Source of the DNA: Felis catus
Lineage: Eukaryota
NCBI RefSeq assembly: GCF_018350175.1
Contig: NC_058368.1
Location: 67,334,001-67,398,000 of the forward strand
Direction of reading: 5' to 3'
DNA length: 64,000 nucleotides
This document shows, one piece after another, positions 62,940 to 64,000 of this stretch. The position numbers were made by a program, and so were the translations under genes. Each line of letters opens with the position of its first letter. Position 1 is the first letter of the stretch. The notes under the pieces were generated by a model. It did not search any database. It worked only from the letters and a program-made list of their open reading frames with translations, and was not told the origin of the DNA.

Positions 62940-63080
62940 CTGTTGTCTCTGCGTGATAATCAGTTCATTCTGTTCCTGGAGTCTCTGCCCTAGATCTTCT
63001 ATCCTTTTCTTGTAGAAAACATTACTTGCATTTAGATCGTCTATCATGGAGGTTCGAAGTTTCTCTATATGTGACAAGAG
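62940..63080 (-). CDS. DZIP1: DZIP1 coding exon (141 nt; coiled-coil region); the gene continues beyond the window
   Basis: tttttccag|CTC TTG...CAA CAG|gtattt; [47 protein letters not shown]; the 13 exons sum to 1431 nt in one open frame. Confidence 0.94.
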
Positions 63081-63899
63081 CTGGAAAAAAAAAAAATCAA
63101 GGCATCGGTCTGCAAACTGTATGTGAAATGTCTCCATTCTGCGGTTTGTATGTATACACCCTGTGGCTCTTTGCTGGCCTTAGGTTATCTGTGCACATCA
63201 AGTCACTGAATCCATCTCTGGGTACTGTATACCATGGCCTTGGCTATATGAGGGCTTCATCTCCGTTCCTGGGGAGCTTGTGACCCACGACACACAACAC
63301 TGATAGCGTGAACAGCTGTGTGCACCTGAGCACATCGCATGCAATACCACAGGAATGAGCACTGATAAAGGGTCAGGGCCCCCCCACCCCGCCCCACAGA
63401 GTGGCTGCAACCCAATGCGGTCCTGAACCCTCAGGCGTCCACATGTGCCTGGGGTGGAGAGTCCACCTTAATTATTCATATGTCCAATGATCAAGTACCA
63501 TCTCGGGCCCTCGGCAGGTTCCCAATAAATATTCGCTGAGAAAAGGAAGGTGGAAGGAGGGAGGAGCGTGGGAGGGACACAGAGAACAGAAAGATCCAAA
63601 GATTCATAAACAGATTCATCTTCAGAGATTTCATTTCAGGAAATGGAATCATATACTGGACATAAAAACCTTCAGGAAGAATTTGTTTTCAATAATTTAG
63701 GGAAAGATTATTAAAGCAATTTCACTACTCATTAAACAGAGGGGAAAAACACATGGGTCCTTGGAGCTAAGGACATTCCAAGCCTACACCCTGGAAATGG
63801 AGAAGGTTGTGTAGGCCAAGGAAAGGGGGCCGGTGAGTGTGCCTAGGAGAAATACAAAGAGCGTCTAAAGCAGCATTTCCCAACTTGCTTGGCTTTTTA

Positions 63900-64000
63900 A
63901 ATCAGGGGTTGAGGGTGGGATGAATAGACAGAGCACAGAGAATTTTTAGGGCAGTGAAACCATTCTGTATGATGCTATCACAGTGGCTACATGTCATTTG
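63900..64000 (+). mobile_element. L1MC-like fragment (runs off the window)
   Basis: gaatagacagagcacagagaatttttagggcagtgaaaccattctgtatgat. Confidence 0.7.

Overview
Mammalian genomic DNA, almost certainly from a felid: it is dense in tRNA-derived carnivore SINEs, including young SINEC_Fc-type copies with intact target-site duplications. It holds two convergent spliced genes, which I reconstructed by hand from GT-AG boundaries and reading frame. (1) The complete claudin-10b coding sequence (CLDN10, + strand, 5 exons, 14023-36878, 696 nt = 231 aa, C-terminal PDZ-binding YV) starts in a CpG island. (2) The last 13 coding exons of DZIP1 (- strand, 63080 down to the stop at 39430, 1431 nt = 476 aa + stop) are present; its 5' part lies beyond the window. 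The two stop codons are about 2.55 kb apart, tail to tail. The rest is intron or intergenic sequence with about 40 SINEs, L1/L2/MIR relics, three solo LTRs and microsatellites. Most ORFs in the supplied track are repeat-derived or chance. I find no prokaryote-type system (no CRISPR, operon or RNA gene) and no demonstrable new gene. The best leads are splicing and 3'-end architecture: an in-frame candidate alternative terminal exon in CLDN10 intron 3, a candidate intronic polyadenylation isoform of DZIP1, inverted SINE pairs bracketing exons (circRNA/editing), young SINEs beside splice sites, and an exact 26-bp dispersed repeat flanking three DZIP1 exons. Gene and repeat family names come from recalled homology, not from a database search, and repeat boundaries are approximate.
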